A DNA stretch of 64,000 bases from Sedimentisphaerales bacterium (GCA_963663965.2 CAXXFK010000019.1:32001-96000), one strand, 5' to 3'. Positions 48,422-59,684 are shown, numbered from the stretch's first letter. The notes: a model not told the origin generated them from the sequence alone. Numbers and translations: made by a program.

Positions 48422-49078
48422 TTGGAAAAAATAAAATTGTTAATTGTTGACGATCACCAGATCGTCCGGGATGGTTTAAGGTCGCAATTGGAGACTGAAG
48501 TGGATTTTCTCGTAGTGGGTGATACTAAAGGGGGTCGGGATGCTTTGGATATGGTTCACAGATGCTCTGTCGATGTGGTGCTAATGGATGTCGGTATGGC
48601 AGAAATGAATGGGATAGAAGCTACCAGGCAAATATTGCAATATGATCCTGAAATAAAAATACTTGCACTATCCGGTCTCATTGAAGATCGGTATATCACC
48701 GCGATGCTGAAATCTGGAGCTGCGGGTTATTTAAAAAAAGATTGTAGCTATGAAGAGCTTTCCAAAGCGATTCGTCTGGTGGCTGGCGGCAAGAAATATC
48801 TTACTTCTGAAATAACTGAACTCGTAGTCAGGCAGATTATGGATGAAGGTAATTTTACTGGTCCTGCCGGACAACCGAGTTTATCGCCCAGGGAAAGAGA
48901 GGTTTTGCAACTCCTGGCTGAAGGCAATTCTGTTAAACAGATAGCTAATAAATTGTTTGTCAGTATCAGTACCGTCGAAACTCATAGACGCCATATAATG
49001 GAAAAACTGGATATGCGCAGTATTGCTGAATTAACAAAATACGCAATTCGAGAAGGAATCACTTTCTTGAATTCGTAG
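48422..49078 (+). CDS. NarL/LuxR family response regulator (start codon uncertain)
   Basis: Motifs IVDDHQIVRDGL, LMDV, LSPREREVLQL and TVETHRRHIMEKL. Confidence 0.92.
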   Translation: MEKIKLLIVDDHQIVRDGLRSQLETEVDFLVVGDTKGGRDALDMVHRCSVDVVLMDVGMAEMNGIEATRQILQYDPEIKILALSGLIEDRYITAMLKSGAAGYLKKDCSYEELSKAIRLVAGGKKYLTSEITELVVRQIMDEGNFTGPAGQPSLSPREREVLQLLAEGNSVKQIANKLFVSISTVETHRRHIMEKLDMRSIAELTKYAIREGITFLNS

Positions 49079-49425
49079 TGATTGAATTTTTGGCGGTTCT
49101 CTAAGAGTACTTATGCCGTTATTATAAGATTAATGATTGTTTAGTGGGAAGAAATTGATAAAAACTTGATTTTTAATAATTCTTTGACTATAGATATTAC
49201 AGAGACGATATTCAGCGGGTTTGTTTTTTATCATGTTTTTTGTTATCGGAATTTCACAGATTTCGTGATTGAAATGCATTTTCATAGGGGTTAATCTACT
49301 TTAAATAAGTTAGTAATATTTCTTATTCGGTGATGAGTTGATATTTTGCTTAGATTTTATAAGTGGATAAGTTGTTATTTCGTCTTAAGTTACAAATAGT
49401 TTTGATTGTCTTATGATATTCGAAT

Positions 49426-49466
49426 AAACCGGGGTAGGGATCAAGGAGACATGCCCCGGTTTTTTT
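49426..49466 (+). terminator. Terminator-like hairpin immediately upstream of the sigma factor gene
   Basis: Stem aaaccgggg...ccccggttt running into T7. Confidence 0.55.
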
Positions 49467-49483
49467 ATCAAAATTGAACGGAG

Positions 49484-50383
49484 ATGGAGGTAAATATGGT
49501 TCGCGAAAAGCTTAAGGTTGCATTGTCAGGTATTTATGAAAAAATCCAGGCTTCAGAATTATCTATTGCCCAGAAAAAACAATGCATCCGGATTTTTCGG
49601 TTGCCAGTGAACTTTGTTAAAGATAACAGGTTACGCCAAAGCATGTTAATGCAGGAACTGTTTAATCAGGACATTAAAGTCTATCCTGGGATGGCCATTG
49701 ATCTGGAAATCCAGGAACTGTTATTCCTGAAAATGAATTTTTGTAAAATGAAGATTTTTAATCTGAAAAAAAGAATTCTTAATGCCGGTTCATTCTCCTT
49801 AAATCAAATTAAACAGCTTCTGAAATGGAATACTCTTCGAATGGCCATCAATAGCAAAATTGTCACTGCTAATATGGGCTTGGTGATGGCAATGGCTCGC
49901 TATGTTAATTATGCCGGGGTAGAATTTACTGAATTAGTGAGTGATGGCGGTATTACTTTAATGCGGGCAACAGATAAATTTGATTATACAAGAGGATGTA
50001 AATTCAGTACTTATGCGTGCCGTGCCATTCTGCGAACGATGTCTCGTACTGCTCGCATCTGGTATCGTCATCGAAAAATGTTTCCGGCACAGCTTGAACC
50101 TGACTGGGAGAAAGTTGATCTGATCGATCATCGCAACGAGCAGGAATTTGAAGAGATGATTGAAGAGATCAAAGTGATTCTTGATCATAATCTGGCAAAT
50201 CTTACCGAAACTGAGCAGGCAGTAATTCGATTGCGTTTCCCATTTCTGGATGACGAAGCAGAAAGAGTTACTTTGAAAGAAGCGGGTCTGATTATCGGGC
50301 TGTCCAAGGAAAGGATTCGACAGATACAAAATAAATCGCTTACTAAACTTCGTACGACGATGCAGCAGCGTATAACATTTTAA
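49484..50383 (+). CDS. Sigma-70 family RNA polymerase sigma factor
   Basis: Region 2 ANMGLV...KFDYTRGCKFSTYA and region 4 TLKEAG...LSKERIRQIQ. Confidence 0.9.
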   Translation: MEVNMVREKLKVALSGIYEKIQASELSIAQKKQCIRIFRLPVNFVKDNRLRQSMLMQELFNQDIKVYPGMAIDLEIQELLFLKMNFCKMKIFNLKKRILNAGSFSLNQIKQLLKWNTLRMAINSKIVTANMGLVMAMARYVNYAGVEFTELVSDGGITLMRATDKFDYTRGCKFSTYACRAILRTMSRTARIWYRHRKMFPAQLEPDWEKVDLIDHRNEQEFEEMIEEIKVILDHNLANLTETEQAVIRLRFPFLDDEAERVTLKEAGLIIGLSKERIRQIQNKSLTKLRTTMQQRITF

Positions 50384-50618
50384 TCGGGACTATATTTTAT
50401 AACTGTTTTTAATAGAAATGGTTATAGCCACAAAGAGGTTTTGGCGATTCTGCTGAATTTTTTAGTCTTTTCAAAAAACAAATTTTGGCCGGATAAGGTT
50501 TTTTCGCTTATAATATTTAGTGAACGACAAATTCGTTTTTTACCGAATGCACATAAGGAGTTATTTAAAGGTAGAGGTTCATGATTTCTGAATATTAATT
50601 TAATGATATGAGAGCGAG

Positions 50619-52936
50619 ATGGCAGAAATAGAAGAGCCCATAACAGGCACCCCCTTTGATGAAATGAAGAAGGTTCCTAAACCGCTTTTAGCCCAACCTT
50701 TAGTATTACTAGTGGATGATGATCGGGGTTTATCCGCACTCATGAAACGTTATTTGAATCGGGAAGGATTTGAGGTTGAGAATCTTTATTCAGGCCATGA
50801 TGTTCTCGAATGGTTGACCAAGCGTCGCCCCGATCTTTTAGTAATAGATTACTTAATGCCGGACATGAATGGCAAAGACCTTATTCAGGAACTTAAAGCC
50901 CGTGACATCGATATTCCTTTTATAACCGTGACGGGGCAGGGAGATGAGCGGCTTGCAGTTGAAATGGTCAAACTGGGAGCGATGGATTATCTGGTGAAAG
51001 ATCAGGTCATGTTGGATATGTTGCCATCGGTCGTTCGCAATTCTCTTCATCAGATCGAACAAGCCCGGCGACTGGAAGAATCAGAAAAAGGTCGACAAGT
51101 CAGCGAATCGCGGTATCGAGGTATTTTTAACGCGTCTATGGAGCCTATTCTTATTCTTGATCTTAAAGGTCTGCTGATAGATGCGAATCCGCGCGCCTGT
51201 GAAATGACGGGCTTTACTGTTGATGAACTGTGTCAGAAGCGTTTTAGCGAGATTCTCGCAGAGGATGAATCGGGATTCTGGAATAAACTTGCTTTGGGAA
51301 GTATCTGAAAAAAATGCTTTTAGCGGTGAAACGTTGCTTGTTGTGCGGGATGGCAGCCACATTGATGTTGAAGTATGTGCTTCCTGTCTGGGAATAGATA
51401 ATACTGAAGGTCATTTGCTGCTCTTTATCAGGGATATCAGGGAACGGAAATGGGCAGAAGAAGAACTGAAGCTTACCAATGAACAATTGCGTATCAGTGA
51501 ACAGGCGCTTAGTGAAAGAGAGGGGGCGCTTAAGATCAATTTTTCAAGGATCAGCTATTGGTATTGCCTTACTGGATATGAAAGGCAATGCGGTCGAATG
51601 CAATGATTATCTCATAGAATTGCTTGGCTTTGAAAGCGGTGAACTTCGTAATATGCCATTTGTTGACCTGAATCATCCAGAAGACCGGGAGCATTCGAAC
51701 AAACTACTTGCTGAGCTAGTTGAAGGTAAGCGCAAGCGATTTCAGGTTGAAAAAAGGTTGTGCGGTAAGGATCGACAACCGGTTTGGGTACGTGTGACGG
51801 CGTCAAGAATCCGTTCTGAACAGCGGAATATGGATTATATTATTAAAATTATCGAAAATATTAATGATCGCAAGCTGGCAGAAGCCTCTCTGCGAACCAG
51901 TGAGTGGAAATTCCGGGTGCTTTTCGATAATATGAAAAACGGTTTCATTTACAATCAGGCCGTGTACGATGATTCCGGCGATGTGTCGGATTATTTATTT
52001 CTTGAAGCCAATCAGGCTTTTGAACAGCTGTTAAATATTCCGCGAGATGAAGTAGTTGGTAAGCTGGCTTCACAATTGCAACCGGAAACCTGCCAGTCAC
52101 TATTAGGCTGGATAGATACTTACGGCAAAGCGGCATTGACTGGACAGGATATTCGTTTTGAGCATTATTGTCAGCAAACGGATCAGTGGCTGGCTATTTC
52201 AGTATACAGTCCTCAGGAAGATTATTTTGCCACCATTATTGAGGATATTGATACTCAGCATCGGTTGCAGGAAGAAATGCAGACATATGCCGAGCAGATT
52301 GACACATATAATCGTGAGTTGAAAATGATTATGAAGGGAGTTTCTCATAAAGTAAGGGAGCCCTTCCAGGCGATTATTGAAAAAAATGTGACCGGTAAAA
52401 CGATCGAATCTGCCGAACAAATCAGACGTTTGCTGGATGATCTTGAACAATATGCCGGTCTGATGAGTCCCGAAATGGCGTTTACTCCTGTTGATTTAAG
52501 TATACTTGCCTGTGAAGCCATATCAAAACAAGAGCAGCATTTGCATGAAATCGGTGCTCAGATTGAAATCGGTCAATTACCGTCTATTTGGGGTAATTCA
52601 ATTGCTTTAAGTATGTTGTTCTCTCGTTTGATAGATAATGCCATTCAATTTCGTGGGAAACAGCCTCTTCATCTGGCGATAATCTCTCAAAAAGTGGATA
52701 ATGATTGGCAAATATCGATCCGGGATAATGGCATTGGTTTAGCCAGCGAATATCATGAGCGTGCTTTTGATATATTCTGGAAATTTCCAGATACTCCCTT
52801 CGGTGGAGGCAATGGAATGGGTTTGTCTCTGTGCAAGCGTATTGTAGACCTTCATGGCGGCAGGATTTGGATTGAATCAAAAGAAAATCAGGGGATGACG
52901 GTCAGGTTTACCCTGGCATCTCAGCGAACCCAATAA
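50619..52936 (+). pseudogene. Receiver-PAS-histidine kinase hybrid split by two frameshifts
   Basis: Three overlapping ORFs (50619-51308, 51220-51606, 51479-52936) join into REC-PAS-PAS-PAS-HisKA-HATPase (NAI, DNGIG, GMGL). Frame breaks lie near 51285 and 51522-51526. Confidence 0.82.
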
Positions 52937-52937
52937 C

Positions 52938-53684
52938 TCATTTTTGAATGAGTCCTTCCGATACTGAAGTTTTACTGCGGGTTTCGATATTCATAATTTT
53001 CTGCCAGATCTTTCGGCTCATACCATTGGCGAGATTTTCCAGGTCGTTTACCGATTCTACAGCTATGGGATCGTGGTAGTCCTGTACGTAGAGAAAACCC
53101 ACCTGGCTGATCAATGAAAGCATTTCAGAACAATAATCCAGATAACGTCCTAATTGAAAACTGTCAAAATTTCGTTCCGGAGAATGACTGGTTCGTATAC
53201 GGTTTGCCGGGGTATCCGCGTAACATGGGTCTTTCGTCAACTGATGAGCGTCGATAATATGGGCTAATGAACGCAGCGTATTGATTGCTTTAATTACCTT
53301 CTTCCGTTTCGATCGGTTTTCAATGGAAACCAGGAATACGACTGCACCACCTGACAGTAAAATAATATTAAAGGCGGCTTCAAGAATAGTAACCAGATCT
53401 GATAACGTCATTATTCCTTCATGTGGTCGCACATGAGTGACTCCAATTCCGGCCAGAGTTAATACGGCTATGACAAATGCTGCCACCAACAATCGATAGC
53501 CATAATTCACTTTTTTAATCAATGTTATCGTTTCGTTGCTTTTGCGGGCAACGGCCAATAAATTACCACACGTGAATCCCAATCCGCTGGATGGAAATCG
53601 CTCTTCGATACGTATCTTCAGTATTTGGATGGTATCAGCAATTTTTTTGCCATCCAGTCGAACAGGATCTTTTTTGTTAATCAT
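52938..53684 (-). CDS. Conserved hypothetical membrane protein
   Basis: Two TM segments; motifs ERFPSSGL, LRSLAHIIDAHQLTKDP and RYLDYCSEML. Confidence 0.8.
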   Translation of the reverse strand: MINKKDPVRLDGKKIADTIQILKIRIEERFPSSGLGFTCGNLLAVARKSNETITLIKKVNYGYRLLVAAFVIAVLTLAGIGVTHVRPHEGIMTLSDLVTILEAAFNIILLSGGAVVFLVSIENRSKRKKVIKAINTLRSLAHIIDAHQLTKDPCYADTPANRIRTSHSPERNFDSFQLGRYLDYCSEMLSLISQVGFLYVQDYHDPIAVESVNDLENLANGMSRKIWQKIMNIETRSKTSVSEGLIQK

Positions 53685-54964
53685 TAACGATCATCCTTTT
53701 TTGATGAACGGGTTGAATTGAGACACCTGATTTTACTTAAAGTTCGCAGATACATACAGTTATTCGCAATAGCGATGGAAGCCTGGGTTTTTTCGCCCAG
53801 ATCGACTATTCCTGAAAGCTGATATTTATCGCCAGCTTCGATCATAACAACTAGACCATCCATATCCATGCAATAGATTTTTCCGTCAACAAAAACTGGA
53901 GAACTGTAATACCGCCCTGCCGGTCTGGCGGTCCAAATTAACTGACCGTTACTGGCATTGAGACAACTTACCGGGCCGGTATCATGAAAGAGGAAAAGCC
54001 GATCATTTACATAAATTGCTGTCGGGACATAGGGTAAATATTTTTCCGACAGGGTGTAAGCAATGGATGGTTTACCATTGATGATCTTACTGGTATCGAT
54101 TGCAGTTAATTGTTTGGCGCTGCTGCCGGCGCCACAGGTATTAATAATTAAATTGCCGGCAAGGATCGGGCAACTGACGACTCGTGCGGGTAGCGCGTCT
54201 GTCATTTCCCAGGCTACCTGACCATCAGCGGGATTTATGGCGCTGATGCCATGGCGACTACTGGAAAAAATCAACCAGTCCTGTTTATTGCTATTGGTGA
54301 ATACACAGGGGGTAGAGTAAGAGGCCTGACTGGTGTCGCCCCGAGGTAAAGTCCATTTGATCTGGCCAGTTTTGGTATCGACGGCGTACCAGTGGCTCTG
54401 GTTGGGGCCGGCACTTTCATTTTGCTCGAGGGTGAAAACCAGCATATCCTGATAAACTATCAATGACGCACTGGGGCCGTGGGTGAGTCTGGCTGGTTCA
54501 AATTCGGTTTGCCATAAATCCTTACCTGTGTGTGAGTAGGCCAATAACATGGTTTTGTCATCATCGTACCAGAGGGTATAGACATTTTTTTCATCTGCTG
54601 TGGGTGTGCTGGTGGCCGGCAGGTTCAAACTGTTCATACGTGGGGAGTTAAGGGCGATTCCTTTACGCCAGAGTTCCTGACCGGTTGAGGTTGTCAGCGC
54701 AAGTACGTAGCCGGTATTGCGGTCTTTTGAGGCGCAGGTGACATAAACGATATCGTTCATTACGATCGGTGAAGAGTGGCCGACACCTGGAAGAGACACT
54801 GTCCAGGCATAATCTTTTTCTGACCAGGATGTTGGGAATCCCTGGCCAGAGCCTATGCCCTGACCATTGGGGCCACGGAAGCGCGGCCAGTTTTCGGCGT
54901 TGCACCAGCTGGCGATAACTATCATGAAGAGGATGATAAACCTGGTTGGTGACATTGTTTTCAT
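53684..54964 (-). CDS. PQQ-binding-like beta-propeller protein
   Basis: Motifs NWPRFRGPNGQG, GHSSP, YSTP and YSSP. Confidence 0.9.
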   Translation of the reverse strand: MKTMSPTRFIILFMIVIASWCNAENWPRFRGPNGQGIGSGQGFPTSWSEKDYAWTVSLPGVGHSSPIVMNDIVYVTCASKDRNTGYVLALTTSTGQELWRKGIALNSPRMNSLNLPATSTPTADEKNVYTLWYDDDKTMLLAYSHTGKDLWQTEFEPARLTHGPSASLIVYQDMLVFTLEQNESAGPNQSHWYAVDTKTGQIKWTLPRGDTSQASYSTPCVFTNSNKQDWLIFSSSRHGISAINPADGQVAWEMTDALPARVVSCPILAGNLIINTCGAGSSAKQLTAIDTSKIINGKPSIAYTLSEKYLPYVPTAIYVNDRLFLFHDTGPVSCLNASNGQLIWTARPAGRYYSSPVFVDGKIYCMDMDGLVVMIEAGDKYQLSGIVDLGEKTQASIAIANNCMYLRTLSKIRCLNSTRSSKKDDR

Positions 54965-55022
54965 CAGAAACTCCAGTGAGACAATTTTTCTGGGACAGAT
55001 CCAGACAATTCCTACTTATTCT

Positions 55023-55892
55023 TTAATCGCTGGTTTTAGCTTTTGAAGCGGAACAGCGGTCGAAAAATTCGAGAATTTTACTTTGATAGAAGGGCTGATA
55101 AAACGCTTCGGTGTGTTCGGCGCCTTCCTGAAGCCAGAGTTCGGCGTGCTTTCCCGCTTTATCGCTAAGCATCTGACTATGTTGCCAGGGAATAACCTGG
55201 TCTTCGGTACCGTGAATAAAGACCAGTGGGATATCGATTTTGTCCAGTGAATCGACCGGGTCGTATCCAGCGCTGATCAGCCAGTTTACGATTGGTTTTT
55301 TGAACCATCCAATCAGGGGAATCTGGCCGGCTTTTTCTTCGGCGATTTTGCGGTAGGAATAAAAGGTTGAATCAATTACTGCGCCAAGCACACCCTGGCA
55401 GCCATCTTCGGCCAGGGCAGCCAGCGCGTTGGCGCCGCCTAAACTTTGTCCGATGACCAGCAGTTTGTTCTGGTCGATATCCCGGCGTTGTCGAATGGTT
55501 CGTAACGCCGCTACTGAATCCTGATGGATACCGGCGCGCGAAACCGTACCTTCTGACTGGCCGTAGCCACGATAATCAAAGACAAATAGATTGTAACCGG
55601 CGGGTACCAGCCAGATGACATATTCAAAATGGCTGGTCATATTCTGGGCGTTGCCATGAAAATGAATAATTGTGCCTTTGGTTTGGTCTTCCGGATAGGT
55701 GGCTTTGATAAACCAGCCATGCAATTTAGTCCCATCGGCGCTTTCGAAATGGATATCTTCATAATCGATACCATGATCCTGAGGGGCGCCATAGATCTGA
55801 CGGGTCGGATAATAAAAACTCTTGTCCATACAGCCCTTACAAACCAGTACCATTGCTACTGCTGTTGTCGCAATGAATACGATGCGTTTCAT
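55023..55892 (-). CDS. Alpha/beta hydrolase (YfhR-like)
   Basis: Motifs HFHGNAQN, FDYRGYGQS, GQSLGG and IHGTED...H. Confidence 0.9.
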   Translation of the reverse strand: MKRIVFIATTAVAMVLVCKGCMDKSFYYPTRQIYGAPQDHGIDYEDIHFESADGTKLHGWFIKATYPEDQTKGTIIHFHGNAQNMTSHFEYVIWLVPAGYNLFVFDYRGYGQSEGTVSRAGIHQDSVAALRTIRQRRDIDQNKLLVIGQSLGGANALAALAEDGCQGVLGAVIDSTFYSYRKIAEEKAGQIPLIGWFKKPIVNWLISAGYDPVDSLDKIDIPLVFIHGTEDQVIPWQHSQMLSDKAGKHAELWLQEGAEHTEAFYQPFYQSKILEFFDRCSASKAKTSD

Positions 55893-56183
55893 TTTTGGTT
55901 TTCTATTCACCTGCAATAGGTCCTTTTTGATGCCAGATTTATCATATGCCATGCTAACGTAATGATCAAGGGGTTTATTACCCGGGGAGTAGTTCAGGTT
56001 CTGATAACTTGAAACGGGATTGGAATTGATTAGTTGTCTTAGGGGATTTAGCTGCCTATTATTAAACAGCCACCGACCTTAACAGTACTGGTGGGACCAG
56101 AAATTGTGTTTATGTTATTTGATCTATAAACCGATAAAACAAGAGGGCTTAGCAATGGCAATGGCACTCAAAAAGAACTTGGC

Positions 56184-58022
56184 ATGCTGGATGTGTTTTG
56201 CATCGCCACTGGCGCGATGATCAGTTCGGGTATTTTTGTATTACCCGGACTGGCTCATGCCATGGCGGGGCCTGCGGTGATCGTGTCTTATTTTCTGGCG
56301 GGTCTGCTGGCGATGATCGGTATGCTGCACGCGGCGGAACTGGCAACGGCGATGCCGCGGGCGGGTGGTGATTATTTTTTTATTACCCGGACGTTAGGTC
56401 CGGCCGTGGGATCGGTGGCCGGATTGATTTTCTGGCTGACGCTGACTTTGAAAAGCGCCTTTGCGATTGTGGGTATGACGGCATTTGTCCGAATGCTGAT
56501 TGATTTGAATGTGGCGGTCGCGGGGATACCGCTATGCGCGTTGTTTGTGGGTTTGAATCTGGCAGGCAGCCGCCATGTCGGACGTTTTCAGGTGGTACTG
56601 GTTCTACTTTTGCTGGCATCCATGGTGTATTATATTATCAGGGGTTTTCCAGCCATCGCGGTGGAAAATCTGAAACCCTTTGCTCCCCACGGTTTTGACC
56701 GGGTTCTGGCGACGGCTGGATTTGTATTTGTGGCGTATGGCGGTTTGATCAAGACCTCGGGAGTGGCGGGGGAAGTTCGTAATCCGGCGAGGGTGATTCC
56801 GATATCAATGACCCTGTCTCTGATTATTGTCATGCTGTTATATCTGTTGATGATCCTGGTCACAACAGGTGTTTTAAGTTCGGAGCAACTGGACAATTCA
56901 CTGACGCCTATCACCGATGGGGCGCGCCAGTTTATGGGCAAAGCGGGGGTTGCGATAGTCAGTCTGGCGGCGGCGCTATCATTTATTACGACGGCTAATG
57001 CCGGTTTTATGGCAGCTTCGCGCTATCTTTACGCGTTAAGTCACGATGAGTTGCTGCCGGCAGGCTTAAGCCGATTGACCAGCCGGACGCGGACGCCGTG
57101 GATTGCGGTAGTGGTGACGGGTGTGGCGGCATCGGTGGCGCTGTTTTTGAAACTGGATATTCTGGTGGAAACGGCCTCACTGGTATTAATCCTGGGCTTT
57201 ACCCTGTCGTGCGTGTGTGTGATTGTATTACGGGAGAGCCATGTCCAGAATTATCGTCCCAGTTTTCAGGCACCATTTTATCCGTGGCTGCCGCTGGCGG
57301 GGATATTGGGATATGTGTTACTGATTTTTGAGATTGGCATTGAGGCGTATTATATCTGCGCGATTCTGCTGTTGCTGGGTATTACGAATTACTGGTTATA
57401 TGGCCGGCGGCGGGTACGGCGGGATTATGCACTGCTGCATTTGATCGAGCGTCTAACTTCACGTGAACTGGTGACAGGTACTCTTGAACGGGAGCTGAAA
57501 CATATTGTTCGTGAGCGCGATGAGATTGTCGTTGACCGGCTGGATCAGATGATTGCCAATTGCCCGGTATTGGATATTGAAGAGCAGATCGATGTTGAGG
57601 CGTGTTTTGACCAATTGGCCGATGTTCTGGCGGACCGGCTGAATATGGATCATGACCGGGTGGCCCGGTTGTTTACGGATCGGGAACAGGAGGCCTCGAC
57701 GGTTTTGAATGATTTTATCGCGATCCCTCATATTGTGATTCCGGGGAGCGGCAGTTTTCATATCGCACTGGTACGGGCGCGAGGAGGGATCCGGTTTGCG
57801 GGTAATGACAAACCGGTTCATGCGTTGTTTGCGTTGCTGGGCACGCGCGATGAGCGGAATCTGCATTTGCGGGTTCTGGCGGCGGTGGCCCAGTTGGTAC
57901 AGGAGCCGGATTTTGAACAGCGCTGGCTCAACGCCCGGGATGAACAGGGGATCCGTGATGTGATCCTGCTGGGCCGGCGGTTGCGCGGGCACCTGGGTGG
58001 GCCGGATGTGGTTATGGTGTAA
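56184..58022 (+). CDS. APC-family amino acid permease fused to a PTS EIIA-like domain
   Basis: Permease motifs GAMISSGIF and AELATAMPRAGG; EIIA-like DREQEAST...IAIPH and HLRVLAAVA. Confidence 0.9.
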   Translation: MLDVFCIATGAMISSGIFVLPGLAHAMAGPAVIVSYFLAGLLAMIGMLHAAELATAMPRAGGDYFFITRTLGPAVGSVAGLIFWLTLTLKSAFAIVGMTAFVRMLIDLNVAVAGIPLCALFVGLNLAGSRHVGRFQVVLVLLLLASMVYYIIRGFPAIAVENLKPFAPHGFDRVLATAGFVFVAYGGLIKTSGVAGEVRNPARVIPISMTLSLIIVMLLYLLMILVTTGVLSSEQLDNSLTPITDGARQFMGKAGVAIVSLAAALSFITTANAGFMAASRYLYALSHDELLPAGLSRLTSRTRTPWIAVVVTGVAASVALFLKLDILVETASLVLILGFTLSCVCVIVLRESHVQNYRPSFQAPFYPWLPLAGILGYVLLIFEIGIEAYYICAILLLLGITNYWLYGRRRVRRDYALLHLIERLTSRELVTGTLERELKHIVRERDEIVVDRLDQMIANCPVLDIEEQIDVEACFDQLADVLADRLNMDHDRVARLFTDREQEASTVLNDFIAIPHIVIPGSGSFHIALVRARGGIRFAGNDKPVHALFALLGTRDERNLHLRVLAAVAQLVQEPDFEQRWLNARDEQGIRDVILLGRRLRGHLGGPDVVMV

Positions 58023-58026
58023 AGGT

Positions 58027-59544
58027 TCAGGGCGTGGCGTCAGCGGTCTGGATCGCGTAGAGGTCGCGGCGCGTGGCGATGTATAAAACGCCATTGGCCG
58101 CGACGGGAGTACTGCTAATAGGGGCGTCAAATCGTACCTGGTCGAGGACCTGTTTTTCTTTACTGGCAGCCAGAATCCAGAATTCGCTGCGATGGGTGCC
58201 GACGTAGACTTTGCCGTCAGCAACCAGGGTTGAACCCCAGATTTCACCTTTGAGTTCGTGGGTCCAGAAGGGTTGGCCGGTTTCGGGATCGAGGCAATGG
58301 AGGGTACCGCCACAATCGCTCATGAACAGGAGACCATCGCGAATGGAGACCGAGGTACAGCAATGGTGATTCATGGGATAGGACCAGAGACGGGCGGAGT
58401 GGGTTATGTCGCCGGTCTGGGCGGCATCGACACAGATAAGCCAGGACTGGCGTTTGCCCCACCAGATATCGCCGCCGACGGTGACATAGATCCGGTTTTT
58501 ATAAAAGACCGGTGTACTCAGGATGTTGCTGGGGCCTTCCTGGCGGTTGCGATAATGACTGCGGACATCGACTTTTGGTGCAGTGGGATCGCAATCGAAG
58601 CGCCAGGCGAGTTCCAGGGGCAGAGGTGAAGCAGGCGAAAGACCGGGCTTCAGGGCTTTGAAGGTGTAGCAGATACCATCGCCGCCGCCGAAGCAAACCA
58701 AGCGCTGTCCGTTTACTTCGGAAAGCGCCGGTGAGGACCAAGTTGAGTGGAAGATATTGGGGCCGATTCGTTCGGTATCCCAGGCGACCAGATGGCCGGT
58801 GTGTTTATTGAGGACGATCAGACTGGGGGCATCGGGTTTTTGGATGGTTTGATGGGTGTTATCGACGCCGTTGCAGGTGTTTAGATAAAGGTAATCGCCA
58901 TCGATCAGGATGGAGGCATGAGCGGAGTCGTGGGGATAGGTGCCGGCGTCAGCCGGCATGTCGAAGAGCCAGATGATATCGGCGTCGAGTGGTGTAACGG
59001 AGAGGGGCTCATCATCGGCGGGTGTCATGTGGCGGCCTTCATCGAGGTAGGGGCCGTCGTTACCATTGGTCTGGCCGTTGAGGTCGAGACAGACCACTTC
59101 GAACCGGTTGGTGACTGTATAGGCGCGGTCGCCTTCGATGGTCGCAGGTGAACAGATGGAGATTTTGGGCCAGTCTTTATAGATATCGCCGGGAATGCGT
59201 GGGACGACCAGTTGCCAATTGAGATCGCCGTTGGCTTCGTTTAGACAGAGCAAAACGCCGCGGTCGCCTTTGTGGCGGGTGTCACGCGGTTTGGCGTTGT
59301 TCGCGCCGATGAATACTTTTCCGGCGGCGATGGTTGGGGTGCTGTAGGCGTCGGTGCCCAGTGAAACTTTCCATTTAATATCTTTGGTCAGGTCGATGTG
59401 TTGTGGCAGGCCGGTTTCGTCCGAGATCATGTTTCTGGACAGGGCTCGGCCCCATTGCGGGCTGTCCGCAGCGAAGGAGGGCAGGAGCCAGGAAAAACCG
59501 GTTATTATAGCTAACGCCATTGTGAGTCGATAGTTATGGTTCAT
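58027..59544 (-). CDS. PQQ-binding-like beta-propeller protein
   Basis: Motifs PQWG..SRNM, YSTP, WSSP and STPV. Confidence 0.88.
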   Translation of the reverse strand: MNHNYRLTMALAIITGFSWLLPSFAADSPQWGRALSRNMISDETGLPQHIDLTKDIKWKVSLGTDAYSTPTIAAGKVFIGANNAKPRDTRHKGDRGVLLCLNEANGDLNWQLVVPRIPGDIYKDWPKISICSPATIEGDRAYTVTNRFEVVCLDLNGQTNGNDGPYLDEGRHMTPADDEPLSVTPLDADIIWLFDMPADAGTYPHDSAHASILIDGDYLYLNTCNGVDNTHQTIQKPDAPSLIVLNKHTGHLVAWDTERIGPNIFHSTWSSPALSEVNGQRLVCFGGGDGICYTFKALKPGLSPASPLPLELAWRFDCDPTAPKVDVRSHYRNRQEGPSNILSTPVFYKNRIYVTVGGDIWWGKRQSWLICVDAAQTGDITHSARLWSYPMNHHCCTSVSIRDGLLFMSDCGGTLHCLDPETGQPFWTHELKGEIWGSTLVADGKVYVGTHRSEFWILAASKEKQVLDQVRFDAPISSTPVAANGVLYIATRRDLYAIQTADATP

Positions 59545-59684
59545 CAGGCAACTTTCTTATGGTTGGGTGGATCGTGATAGTGGTATTTGTCTTAAATATA
59601 ACTGCGCATAGTGTCTCTCATTGCATCATGGTGTCATGATGATTATAGGGGGCGGCGCGCCTTTATGTTGAAATCAGTAATGGA

